A stretch of 64,000 nt of DNA from Dehalococcoidia bacterium (GTDB taxonomy: Bacteria; Chloroflexota; Dehalococcoidia; Bin125): positions 704,001 to 768,000 of the forward strand of contig CAXXSR010000001.1 in NCBI GenBank assembly GCA_963662615.2, written 5' to 3'. Below the pieces are notes generated by a model that saw nothing but the letters and a program-made list of their open reading frames with translations, did no database searches and was not told the DNA's origin. Each line of letters starts with the position of its first letter. Position 1 is the stretch's first letter. This document shows positions 47,787-56,871 of this stretch, piece by piece. Made by a program: the position numbers and the translations under genes.

Positions 47787-48662
47787 TCAGGCGCGCGGCG
47801 CGAGCGCCTCGAGCGCAGCGTAATCCGGCCCCGGCTGGCCGACCGGGCGGATCGGCTGGATCACCACCTGGTCGGCGCCCTTCTCGAAGTACTCGTCGAG
47901 CTTCGCGCGAATCGTGTCAGCCTCTCCGCAGAGCACCATTGCGTCCATCAGCCGGTCACTGCCGCCATCCTCTAGATCAGCCTCCTCGAAGCCGAGCCGG
48001 AACCAGTTGCGGTAGTAATTCGGCAGCGGCAGATAGGGCTGCAGCGCCTGGCGTGCCGCCGCTCGGGCCTGCTCGGGGTCGCTCGACAGGCAGACCTTCT
48101 GCTCGCAGATGACCGCCGCACCCCCGCCCATGTGTTGGCGGGCGATGGTCGCCTGCTCCGGCGTCACGTTGTAGGAGAACGCGCCGAGCGCGCGTTCCCC
48201 GGCAAGCTTGGTCATGTTCGGGCCAAGCGCCGCGAGCACCACTGGCTTCTCCGGCGGCGCGCCGCCGAGCGCCGCCCAGGCCAGATCCATGCCGTCGAGG
48301 TAGGAGCGCATCGTCGCGACGGGCCTTTGGTACTCATGCCCGCGCATGTCCGTGACCAGTGGCCGGTGCGACACGCCGAGGCCGAGCACAAAGCGTCCGC
48401 CGTAGAGCGCGTTCAGCGAGTTCGAGCCCATCACCGAGGCTGCTGGATCGCGGGCGTAGATGTTCGCGATGCCGCTCGCCACCTGGAGCTCCTTGCTGTG
48501 GCCGAGCAGATAGCCGGCGATCGCGAACGTCTCATAGTTGAACGCTTCTGGGTACCATAGGGTCGAGTAGCCCAGTTCCTCTACGCGCCGGGCGAGCTCG
48601 GCGAGCTGCTGCGCGTCCAGTTGGTCGGTGAAACTGAACACGCCGAATCTTCCGAATGCCAT
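47787..48662 (-). CDS. LLM-class, probably F420-dependent, oxidoreductase (MSMEG_4141-like)
   Basis: VEELGYSTLWYPE, ASGIANIYARD, RFVLGLGVSH, LAALGP.M, LPNY..NW.RLGF. Confidence 0.85.
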   Translation of the reverse strand: MAFGRFGVFSFTDQLDAQQLAELARRVEELGYSTLWYPEAFNYETFAIAGYLLGHSKELQVASGIANIYARDPAASVMGSNSLNALYGGRFVLGLGVSHRPLVTDMRGHEYQRPVATMRSYLDGMDLAWAALGGAPPEKPVVLAALGPNMTKLAGERALGAFSYNVTPEQATIARQHMGGGAAVICEQKVCLSSDPEQARAAARQALQPYLPLPNYYRNWFRLGFEEADLEDGGSDRLMDAMVLCGEADTIRAKLDEYFEKGADQVVIQPIRPVGQPGPDYAALEALAPRA

Positions 48663-49109
48663 GGGCTGCCTTCCGCTCGATGAAGACGCCAGTATAGCTG
48701 GGAAATTCCGGTTCGGCCTACGTCGCGCACAGACGGGGGCCGAACTCCGGGGATGCCGTGAAGGTCTACAGCTTGGGGATCGAGGCCGAGCATCAGGTCT
48801 CGGCGCCGCCCTGCAATCGGGGGACGAGAATCCGACATTGAGTCCGACACGCCGTCCGGTAACGGACTCTATGTCGGACAGGCGTGTAGGAAATGCGATC
48901 CCCGAAGTGTGACTCTAGGCGATGAGCCGCCATGCTGGAGTGCCGATCAATTGCCGATCAACGGATGGGCACGCCCCGCGACAGGACGGCACTGCACGGG
49001 CTGCGGGCCCCTCTGGACCAGATGGGAATGGGACCGCGCGGCACGCAGCAACACACAGCGGCATGGGGGTGAGCGGACTTCAAAACCGCTCGGTCCGCAG
49101 GGGCCTCGC

Positions 49110-49161
49110 GCCTGCGGCGGAGCCGCCCCCAAAAAGCCTGCGGCGGAGCCGCCCCCAAAAA
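49110..49161. repeat. 26-bp tandem duplication with a small hairpin and A-tract
   Basis: GCCTGCGGCGGAGCCGCCCCCAAAAA x2. Confidence 0.8.
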
Positions 49162-49449
49162 GAAGGCGAAGCCCCCTCCGCCAAACATCCCGCGTTTCGT
49201 GAGATCTTCGGCGACCTGGCTGCCACGCCCGAACCCTGAGAATTGCCCATCCACCTGCGCAATCGCCACCCAATTGCCACCCAACTCCCTGCCAGCCCGC
49301 CGCATGAGGCCGACCTGACCGGCACACCTCGCGCACGTCCCCGCGACTTTATTTTGGACAGACCTGTGCGACCTAAAGTTCAACGCACGGCCCAAGGGTG
49401 GATTGCCAATCTTCACGGGCGGGAACTCGGTGGCGAAGCCAGAGGTCGT

Positions 49450-50635
49450 CTAATGATCTCGTTGGCAGATGAAGCTCGCATCCAGGTCGTTCACGGACGG
49501 GCACCCGATGAGCGCCATCGATCGGCGGATCTCGCTCCGCAGAAGTTCCAGTGCCCTCTCCACGCCGCGCTGCCCGCCGGCCCCCAGGCCATAGAGGTAG
49601 GGCCGTCCGATCATGCACGCCCTCGCCCCCAGCGCCAGCGCCTTGACGACGTCGGAGCCGCGCCGAACGCCCCCATCGAGAACCACTTCCGCTCTCCCAC
49701 TGACCGCGTTGACGATCTCGGGCAACGCAGCGATCGCCGCTGGCGCCTGGTCCAACTGTCGGCCGCCGTGATTGGAGACGACGATCGCCTGGACGCCCAG
49801 CTCAACCGCGCGTTGTGCGTCCTCCGGACGCAGGATGCCCTTGACGGCAAACGGGCCGTCCCATTGCTCGACCATCCACGCTAAGTCGTCCCACGTCACC
49901 GAGGGATCGAATTGCCTATTCACGTACGTGCCCAGCGCGGTGACGTCGCTGCGACCTGCCTCGCCCCGCCCCACGACGTTCGCCATCGTGATGCGCGGAC
50001 TGGTCAGGAAGCGCCACCACCAGCTCGGGTGCAGGCCGGCGTCGATAATGGCGCTGACAGTGAGCTGCGGCGGGATCGTCATGCCGTTGCGGAGGTCGCG
50101 TTCGCGCTGGCCCAGCACCGGCACGTCAACGGTCAAGCAGAGTGCCGCGTAGCCGCTCTCACGGCAACGCTCGAAGAACTCCGCCACCAGACCGCGGTCG
50201 CGCCACACGTAGATTTGGAACCACTGTGGTCCGCTGGCGGCGGCGGCGACGTCCTCAATCGAAGCGCTGGAGATGGCCGACAGGGTGTAGATCGTTCCCG
50301 CGCGCTCGGCGGCCCGCGCCACGGCAAGTTCGCCCTCGTGGTGAAATAGACGGGTGAGACCGGTCGGGGACAGGATCAGCGGCAGATCGATCGGCTGGCC
50401 GAGCACGGTGGTGGCGATCTTCACCGCTGACACGTCAACAAACACCTTGGGAACTGAGGTCGTAGCGTTGAAAATCGGCACGATTACGACGCTCCGCAAC
50501 CTCGTCCTCGGCGCCACCTTCGGCGTAGTCGAAGACGGCCCGCGGCAGGCGTCGTTTCGCGACCTGGCGAAGGTCAGCGATGGAGTGGCAACGCGCAAGT
50601 CGCCGCTCGGTCGAGCCGGGCAAAGATCTCAGCAT
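49450..50635 (-). pseudogene. FMN-dependent alpha-hydroxy acid dehydrogenase (LldD/MftD-like), frameshifted near 50455
   Basis: Frame 1 has SIADLR..AKRRLPRAVFDYAEGGAEDE...FQRYDL. Frame 2 continues VPKVFVDVS...SNHGGRQLD...DGGVRRGSDVVKALALGA. Confidence 0.85.
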
Positions 50636-50966
50636 CGCTTCACGGCCTGCATCGGTGGCCCCGCGGCCGGCGCTCCTCCGCGGCATCGCTCGACCAGAGA
50701 GATGTGGCCAAGGAAACGGGACGCCGCGCGAGTCGGCGCCGACCAGGCGCTAGCCTACTCCATCCTTGCCCTGACGGAGGTGTGCTGAGGGCTGGTTGGC
50801 AGTGCCCAAGCGCCGCGAGACTCGGCCCCCCTGCGGGACGGGAGCGCTCGACATGGCCTCGACCGCCTGCGGCGCCGCGACTGGCCGGGCGCGGTAGAGC
50901 CGGCGAGACCCGCGAGACCTACACCGCTATCTTGACCCGGCTGATGAAATTTTCGAGAGGATCGCG

Positions 50967-51668
50967 ATGACCTCCCTCGGCTCACGCACCGCCCTCGTGA
51001 CTGGCGGCAATCGCGGGATCGGCCTCGCGGCATGCCGCCAACTTGCTCGCGCCGGCCTCCGTGTCATTCTCACGGCGCGGGATTCGCATCGGGGCCGCGA
51101 GGCCACGGCGCTGCTCAAAGGCGAGGGGCTGGACGTCGCCTTCGAGCCGATGGACGTTGGCGACCGCGAGAGCGTCGCCTCCTGCCTGAGGCGCCTCAGT
51201 CAACAGGACATCATCGTCGATGTGCTGGTCAACAATGCCGGCATTTTCCCCTCGCAGGACATCCTGCGCGTCGATGTGGACATGCTCGACGAAGTGCTGG
51301 CCGTGCACGTGGTGGGACCATTCCGGCTCTGCCGGGCGCTCCTGCCCACGATGATCGAGCGCGGCTACGGCCGGATCGTCAACGTCTCTTCGGGCCTTGG
51401 CGCGGTCTGCGATCAGCCGCCGGCCGCCGGCGTCTACGGCGTGTCCAAGGCTTCGCTCAACGCCCTGACCCGCAGCCTGGCCGCATCCGTCCGCGGCGAT
51501 GTGAAGGTGAACGCCTTGCACCCGGGCTGGGTGCGTACCGAGATGGGCGGCGCGGGTGCGCCGGTCAGTCCTGAGGAGGCCGCAGCCTCGCTGGTGTGGC
51601 TGGCCACGCTGCCGGCGGACGGTCCCAACGGCGGCTTCTTCTTCAACCGCCGCTCAGTCGCTTGGTAG
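50967..51668 (+). CDS. Short-chain dehydrogenase/reductase (carbonyl reductase-like)
   Basis: TGGNRGIG, NNAGI, VSS, YGVSK, HPGWVRTEMGG. Confidence 0.92.
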   Translation: MTSLGSRTALVTGGNRGIGLAACRQLARAGLRVILTARDSHRGREATALLKGEGLDVAFEPMDVGDRESVASCLRRLSQQDIIVDVLVNNAGIFPSQDILRVDVDMLDEVLAVHVVGPFRLCRALLPTMIERGYGRIVNVSSGLGAVCDQPPAAGVYGVSKASLNALTRSLAASVRGDVKVNALHPGWVRTEMGGAGAPVSPEEAAASLVWLATLPADGPNGGFFFNRRSVAW

Positions 51669-52170
51669 GTCGAAGCCCAAGCGTTCCCGGCGCTCCTGTC
51701 CCGACACACGCGAAACGATGCCCTGAGCCGGCCGCGGCCGGCTTCCACACTCACTGTGCCGTCCCACCAGCGCGGCGGTCGTTCCAGCAGCGCCACGCGC
51801 TCGCGGTCCCGCCGTCACCATCCACGCATAGTGTCGGCCTTGCCTGACGTGCGAACGACGGGGCCGAGCCAGCCTCACGCGCTGCGCCGGGAACCACTGC
51901 GCCCGGAACCACCTCGCCGGATGTATCCATGGAGCTTGGTCCAACTCCTGCGATAACCTAATCTCGCAGGCGCACGGATCTCCCTCACACCCCCGTGACG
52001 CCGCAGCACGCTTGGCCTCTCAGCATCGATGCGGATCTCTGTACCGCTGCGAACAGAGTCGCGAGCGCGGGCCCTGACCGCCCGCGAAGAGTCTGCAGCG
52101 AGCATCTGCCGGTCCCGGGAAGGACACCACGCCATGGTCCGCCCTGGCCGCTGGAAGGAACGTCAGTTTC

Positions 52171-53439
52171 ATGCCGACGAGCTGGCGCTCGATCTCCTAC
52201 GGCTGGTGGCTGCTCGCGGCCGCCGTACTGGCACAGGCCGTGTTGACCGGGGTCTCCTTCTGGTCTTTTGGCCTCTACATCCAGCCGCTGGAAGGCGAGT
52301 TCGGTTGGTCGCGCGCGCAGGTGTCGCTGGGCTTCTCCATCGCGCTGTTGATCAGCGGGCTGATTGCACCGTTCGTCGGCAAGGCGGTCGACGTCTATGG
52401 CCCGCGTCGGGTGATCATCATCGGTGCGGCCTCGTCGGCCGCCAGCTACCTCCTGCTGACCACGACCAGCGCGTTGTGGGAGTGGTACGTCTTCCAGTCG
52501 ATCAATGCTGTGTTCCGGCAGATGATCTTCTTCATTCCGTTCACGGCCCTGATCGCGATCTGGTTCGACCGGCGGCGCGGTGCCGCCATCGGGATCTTGA
52601 CAACGGGCTTTGCGCTCGGCGGCGCGGTTCTCGTGCCCATCATGCGGGTAATCATCGACGCCGTCGATTGGGACGGCTCGTTCCTCGTATCCGCCGCCTT
52701 GGTGGGCGCGATCTTCCTGCCCTTAGGGCTGCTGATCCGCAACCGCCCCGCCGACACGCGCTCAGCCGTGGATGGAGGGCCGCGGTCCGCCGCCGCGTCC
52801 ACGGCGTCGTCCCCTCCAGCCAGCTTGACGCTCGGTCAGGCGCTGCGGACGCCGATCTTCTGGTTGATCGCCTTCGCCATCGCTATGCTCTTCTACGGTC
52901 TCTTCGGCTGGACCGTGCACGCCATCCTCTACTACGAATCCGTCGGGATTTCGCCTGGCTGGGCGGCGGCGCTCTTCTCCATCGCGTCCGGCGGCTCCAT
53001 GCTCACCCGCCTGGCGTTCGGGTTCCTCGCGGACCGTCTTGGCAACATCGAGGCGGCCGGCGCCGGGCTCACCGCTTGCCTGGTCCTCGCCATGCTGGTC
53101 CTGTTCGCGACCGGCGGCTCCACGCTCGGCGTGGCACTGTTCCTGCCGCTGTTCATGATCGGCGCCGGCGGTGGACCCTTGCTCGAGTTGCTCTTGCTCA
53201 CGCGCGCCTTCGGCGTTGCGAACTTCGGCACGATCCTCGGCGCCGTGGCCGTGGTGGAGACGATCGGGCTCGTGATGAGCCCCACGGCGGCTGGCGCCAT
53301 CTTCGACGCCACCGGCGAGTACGACTGGGCGCTCATGATGCTCGCCGGCGCCTTTGGCGCCTCGTCGGTGCTGTTCTGGGTCGCCGGCAGACGGCGACGG
53401 CCTATCCTCGCGGAGCCGCCGCTCGCCCCAGACGGATGA
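52171..53439 (+). CDS. MFS transporter (oxalate/formate antiporter- or monocarboxylate-like)
   Basis: About 12 TM; GKAVDVYGPRRV, WFDRRRGAAIG, GFLADRLG. Confidence 0.9.
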   Translation: MPTSWRSISYGWWLLAAAVLAQAVLTGVSFWSFGLYIQPLEGEFGWSRAQVSLGFSIALLISGLIAPFVGKAVDVYGPRRVIIIGAASSAASYLLLTTTSALWEWYVFQSINAVFRQMIFFIPFTALIAIWFDRRRGAAIGILTTGFALGGAVLVPIMRVIIDAVDWDGSFLVSAALVGAIFLPLGLLIRNRPADTRSAVDGGPRSAAASTASSPPASLTLGQALRTPIFWLIAFAIAMLFYGLFGWTVHAILYYESVGISPGWAAALFSIASGGSMLTRLAFGFLADRLGNIEAAGAGLTACLVLAMLVLFATGGSTLGVALFLPLFMIGAGGGPLLELLLLTRAFGVANFGTILGAVAVVETIGLVMSPTAAGAIFDATGEYDWALMMLAGAFGASSVLFWVAGRRRRPILAEPPLAPDG

Positions 53440-53911
53440 GGCCGCCGTCCCTCCAGCGCTCCGGTCCCGATCGGGCCGCCTGTGCGGAGGCAAGGCGACC
53501 GAATTCGTTGTGGGAGGAGAGTACGTCCGTCCCCAGCCCAGCAATACAAGTTGAGGAGGTCCGCCGCGATCTCGCCGTCACCATCTCGCGATAGTGACGT
53601 GTGCCGACCGCGCGACGAACGCGTCGGCGGCGATCTACCATGTGGACCGACGCCCGGCGACGCCGGGTGGCTCACGCCCGAAGTCCGAGTGCCGCGAGGA
53701 CGACACGGATGATGAGATCGGGTTTGCGGGCAGGGGCGGCTAGGTGACCGCGACGCTGCGCGCTCGCGATGCGGGCACGACGGTCGAGCTGCTGACCGTC
53801 GAATGGGACGGACAGGTCCGCCGATTCGCGCGGGAGGGACTCTAGTTGGATCGCCTTCGGGAGTCCACGGCAGGACGGCGCAAGGCGGCTCCGACGCCGC
53901 GGGCTGTTTGT

Positions 53912-54277
53912 ATGGGCGCCTACCTTCAGCACCTCTTCATCCGGACGCCGCTGACCATCGCGCTTGTCCTGGCGGCCCTAGGCCTGGGAGCTGCGGCCGC
54001 GACCTTGCACGCATCCGCTGACGTCCAAGAGCCCGACAGGGTCACCCTGTGTCACAACGGGCGCAGCCTGACCCTGTCCCTGAACGCCGAAGCTGACCAT
54101 CTTGCGCACGGAGATACGCCGGGGCCATGCTCACCTGGGGGGCTCGCGGCGACCGGATTCGGCGGTCTGGCCGACAGCGACGGGAGCGACGTGCCGGCGT
54201 GGGCCTGGGCCGCGCTTGCGGCCGGGGTGACGTCGGCGGCGCTCGTGGCTGGGCGCGGGGCGCTGCGCCGACGCTGA
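53912..54277 (+). CDS. Small secreted protein with a Cys/His mini-domain and an LPxTG-like C-terminal anchor
   Basis: Signal peptide; VTLCHNGRSL...HLAHGDTPGPC; LAATGFGGLA + TM + RRR. Confidence 0.7.
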   Translation: MGAYLQHLFIRTPLTIALVLAALGLGAAAATLHASADVQEPDRVTLCHNGRSLTLSLNAEADHLAHGDTPGPCSPGGLAATGFGGLADSDGSDVPAWAWAALAAGVTSAALVAGRGALRRR

Positions 54278-54380
54278 GGCCGTCCTTCAGGAGGCGGCGC
54301 TCAGGGCCGTCGCGATCCGCTCAGAGTGTGCACGGTCATCAGTCGCTCTTGGCCGCGCACAGTCTGACAGCGCCCGCGAA

Positions 54381-55064
54381 TCAGCCAGCGTTGTCGCCGT
54401 CGTCGGGCGCCACAGGATCGGGCGCCACAGAGTCGGGCCCGGGCTGATTGACGAAGTGCCGCGCCAGTGGGCGCAGCGCCTCCATGATCTCGCCCGCCAC
54501 CTCTTCTGCCACTTCACACTCGTGCATTGCCGCGCTCATGTGACTGAGCCACCGCTCGGCGAGGCGAAGACTGATCGGGAAGGGCAAGTGTCGCTGTCGC
54601 AAGCGGGGCGAGCCATAGCGCTGGGTGTAGCGCGGTTCGCCTCCCAGCCACTGCTCGAAAAACAGCTTCTGCTTCGCGCGTCCGGCATCCAGGTCCGCCG
54701 GGAACAGCGAACGGATCTCGGGATCCGCCTCAATGCGGTCGTAGAGGGAATCGATCACTCGCTCAACGGCGTCGCGCCCGCCGATGCGCGCGATGAGCGT
54801 TTCCGGCTCGAGGGCTCCGACGTCGTGGACGAGGGAATTCACGCGGGCGAGAGGCGGTGCGCCGAGGTGATCCGCCACCGGCTTCGAGCCCGCCAACTCG
54901 GCTGCCCGCTCAAAGCCAGCGCAATGAACCACGGGCAGTGTCGGATAGCGCGGGTACTGGGAATCAGTCTCGGACCGCCCGCAGCGAACAAAGCGTGAAC
55001 CACGAGCCGTCGTGACCCCCCGTGCCCAGGTGCACCCAGTGCAGAGGCCGAGATCTTGCGCCAC
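54381..55064 (-). CDS. Group II truncated hemoglobin fused to an N-terminal 4-Cys domain
   Basis: IGG...YDRI..DP....FP.DL...KQKLFFEQWLGGEPRY...G.PRLRQRHLPFPI...RWL; N-terminus CTGC...C...YPRYP.LPV..C.GFE. Confidence 0.8.
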   Translation of the reverse strand: MAQDLGLCTGCTWARGVTTARGSRFVRCGRSETDSQYPRYPTLPVVHCAGFERAAELAGSKPVADHLGAPPLARVNSLVHDVGALEPETLIARIGGRDAVERVIDSLYDRIEADPEIRSLFPADLDAGRAKQKLFFEQWLGGEPRYTQRYGSPRLRQRHLPFPISLRLAERWLSHMSAAMHECEVAEEVAGEIMEALRPLARHFVNQPGPDSVAPDPVAPDDGDNAG

Positions 55065-55257
55065 TCCCCGTTGACCTCCAGTCGTCCCGCTAGACCGTAC
55101 GATACAGCGGGGGTCTGACGTGAACGAAAGCTCGATTGTCGGGCGGGCGGATTGGCGGGCGGGCGGATTGGTGGCCTGGCGAATTAACTCGCTGATGGGG
55201 ACGCGTCTTGGATCGCTCAAGCACGCAGGATTCATCGTCTGCGTCTGAAGGGCTCCG

Positions 55258-55625
55258 ATGACATACAACGACCTGCTCAAACTCTATCTCCCGGATACGT
55301 CCCCCGCAGACGACTACGCACCGTTCATGGCTGCTGCGCGGGCTGTCTTGTTGCCCGGAAAAGGGCCACCGTGGCAAGAGTTCGACGGCGCCTCGAACCT
55401 CATTGGTTGGCGGTTCAGATCTACGCGTGAGTAGCTGGACGACTACATCAAGACTGATGATGAGCCGTTTGAGGCGATTTACACGCGAGAGCGCGTGCTC
55501 TTCGGGATGTTCACGAGCGGGGTTTCCTGCATCGAGAGCACCTGCTACGCCCTATACGCACTAGCGAGTCAGCCATCGGTCCTTGGCGTCACATTCGACG
55601 AGAATGAGCGGCGACTGACGCTGGC
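55258..55625 (+). pseudogene. Interrupted gene fragment (possibly HEPN-like) with in-frame TAG at 55432-55434
   Basis: ATG 55258 ...WQEFDGASNLIGWRFRSTRE*LDDY...ERVLFGMFTSGVSCIESTCYALYAL; truncated by the convergent SGNH gene. Confidence 0.5.
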
Positions 55626-55642
55626 CGCTTCGTGGCGGTGCC

Positions 55643-56641
55643 TTAGCCGCGTCGCCTCCCGGAGACAAAGAGGTGGCACACGCCCATAACGATCCCCACG
55701 ACGGCGCCGGCTGCCGCCAGCAGCGCCAGCGGAAGCGCCCAGATCCAGCTGTCCGATGACGGCGCCTGCGCCAGGCCGCCGCTTCCCGTGTTGGGCAGGC
55801 CGCCGGGAGCGCTGGGGCCGGCTGTGCCGGACGCCGCAATGAACTCCTGAGCGATGATCGTGTAGCCGGCGTCATTGGCGTGGCAGCAGTCCGACTGCAT
55901 CTGCTGAGGTCCCAGTGAGCCGGCCACGTCCGCCACCTCCGCGGAGTGCCGCGCCGCGGCGGCTCGGATCAGGTCATTCAGCCCCGCCGGCAGCCCCAGT
56001 GCTGGCGCACCCTCCAAGATGCTCTCTGCCACCGGAGCCAGCGAATGCAGTTCGCAATCGGGGTGGATCAGCATGTTGCTGTACGTCATGGCGATGATCG
56101 GCGTGCTCGCGCCCGCCGCGCCGCGCAGCTCGCCGAGTATGACCTCGAAGTTTCCGGCGAAGCTCGTCAGCGTCGCTTCCACCGCCCCCACGCACTCCGC
56201 CGACGGGCCGCCGCTGCAGACCGGAACCAGCGCCATCATGTCGTTCCCGCCGATGTTCAGCGTGATCATGCGCACGTCGTCCTCCGCGCTGGCGTTGCCG
56301 TTCCGCTCGCGCAACTGGGCCACCGCTGCTTCCAGCTGTCCCTCGGCGATCATCGAATCGCTGGTCTCGCCGCTCACGGCCACATTCTGTAGTTGGAGGG
56401 AAGGGCCGCCGGCGTCGGCGGGCGTCAGGGCGTCCGTCAGGTGGCGGTGGACCTGGGGCACGTATCCGCTCGTCGCCGCGTCCGACGCGCCCACGCCCGC
56501 CGCCAGCGAGTCACCGAGCGCCAGGTACACTGGCGCTTCGCCCCCGCTCGACTCGTCCGCCAACGCCGCGCCCGTCCCCGCTCCCACCGCAAGCAGGACG
56601 CCCAATATCAAGACCGAGAACCGTCGCAACTGCTTTTTCAT
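55643..56641 (-). CDS. Secreted SGNH/GDSL hydrolase with LPNTG C-terminal anchor
   Basis: Signal peptide MKKQLRRFSVL...; YLALGDSL, IGGND, DCCHANDAGY; LPNTGSGGLA + TM + RRR. Confidence 0.9.
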   Translation of the reverse strand: MKKQLRRFSVLILGVLLAVGAGTGAALADESSGGEAPVYLALGDSLAAGVGASDAATSGYVPQVHRHLTDALTPADAGGPSLQLQNVAVSGETSDSMIAEGQLEAAVAQLRERNGNASAEDDVRMITLNIGGNDMMALVPVCSGGPSAECVGAVEATLTSFAGNFEVILGELRGAAGASTPIIAMTYSNMLIHPDCELHSLAPVAESILEGAPALGLPAGLNDLIRAAAARHSAEVADVAGSLGPQQMQSDCCHANDAGYTIIAQEFIAASGTAGPSAPGGLPNTGSGGLAQAPSSDSWIWALPLALLAAAGAVVGIVMGVCHLFVSGRRRG

Positions 56642-56721
56642 GATTGAACCTTCGTTCCCGCGCGGCCGGCTTCCTGCTGTGCCGCTGCACACGCAGTCTC
56701 GCCGCGGCGCCCCGCCCGTCG

Positions 56722-56762
56722 AAGGTACGGATGTCCCATTGCCCATGGGACGCCTGACCCAT
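56722..56762 (-). promoter_or_regulatory. Tandem NarL/DevR-type operator between the divergent SGNH and kinase genes
   Basis: Minus strand reads ATGGGTC-AGGC-GTCCCAT-N5-ATGGGAC-ATCC-GTACCTT. Confidence 0.7.
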
Positions 56763-56871
56763 TTGCGCGCCGCCCGGCGCTCTCGGCAGGCCCCCGGCGA
56801 CGGCGCGATTCCCCCCGGCGTCGCCTGCGACGGGAGAAACGCGCCACCGCGTCCGCTACGATTCCCCCACC

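Larger units (their letters stand above)
47494..49380. repeat. Family of ~36-44 bp imperfect palindromes (47494-47537, 47651-47691, 48830-48882, 49345-49380)
   Basis: Consensus GACTCTAYNTYGGACAG-NN-CTGTCCGANNTAGAGTC; an 18-bp core is identical at 47660 and 49350. Confidence 0.75.

Noticed and set aside
49060-49135. Intact tRNA-Sec gene
   Set aside because: No T-arm (GTTCRA), acceptor stem or D-arm could be found; kept only as a possible att remnant.
50435-50470. Programmed ribosomal frameshift in the dehydrogenase
   Set aside because: No slippery sequence or stimulatory structure, and I know of no such mechanism in this family.
53780-53825. Third copy of the NarL-type operator upstream of the small anchored protein
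   Set aside because: Only one half-site (ATGGGAC) with wrong spacing to the partner; too weak to call.
55432-55434. Pyrrolysine or stop-codon recoding
   Set aside because: No pyl genes here, TAG ends many normal genes in the window, and the ORF is also truncated.
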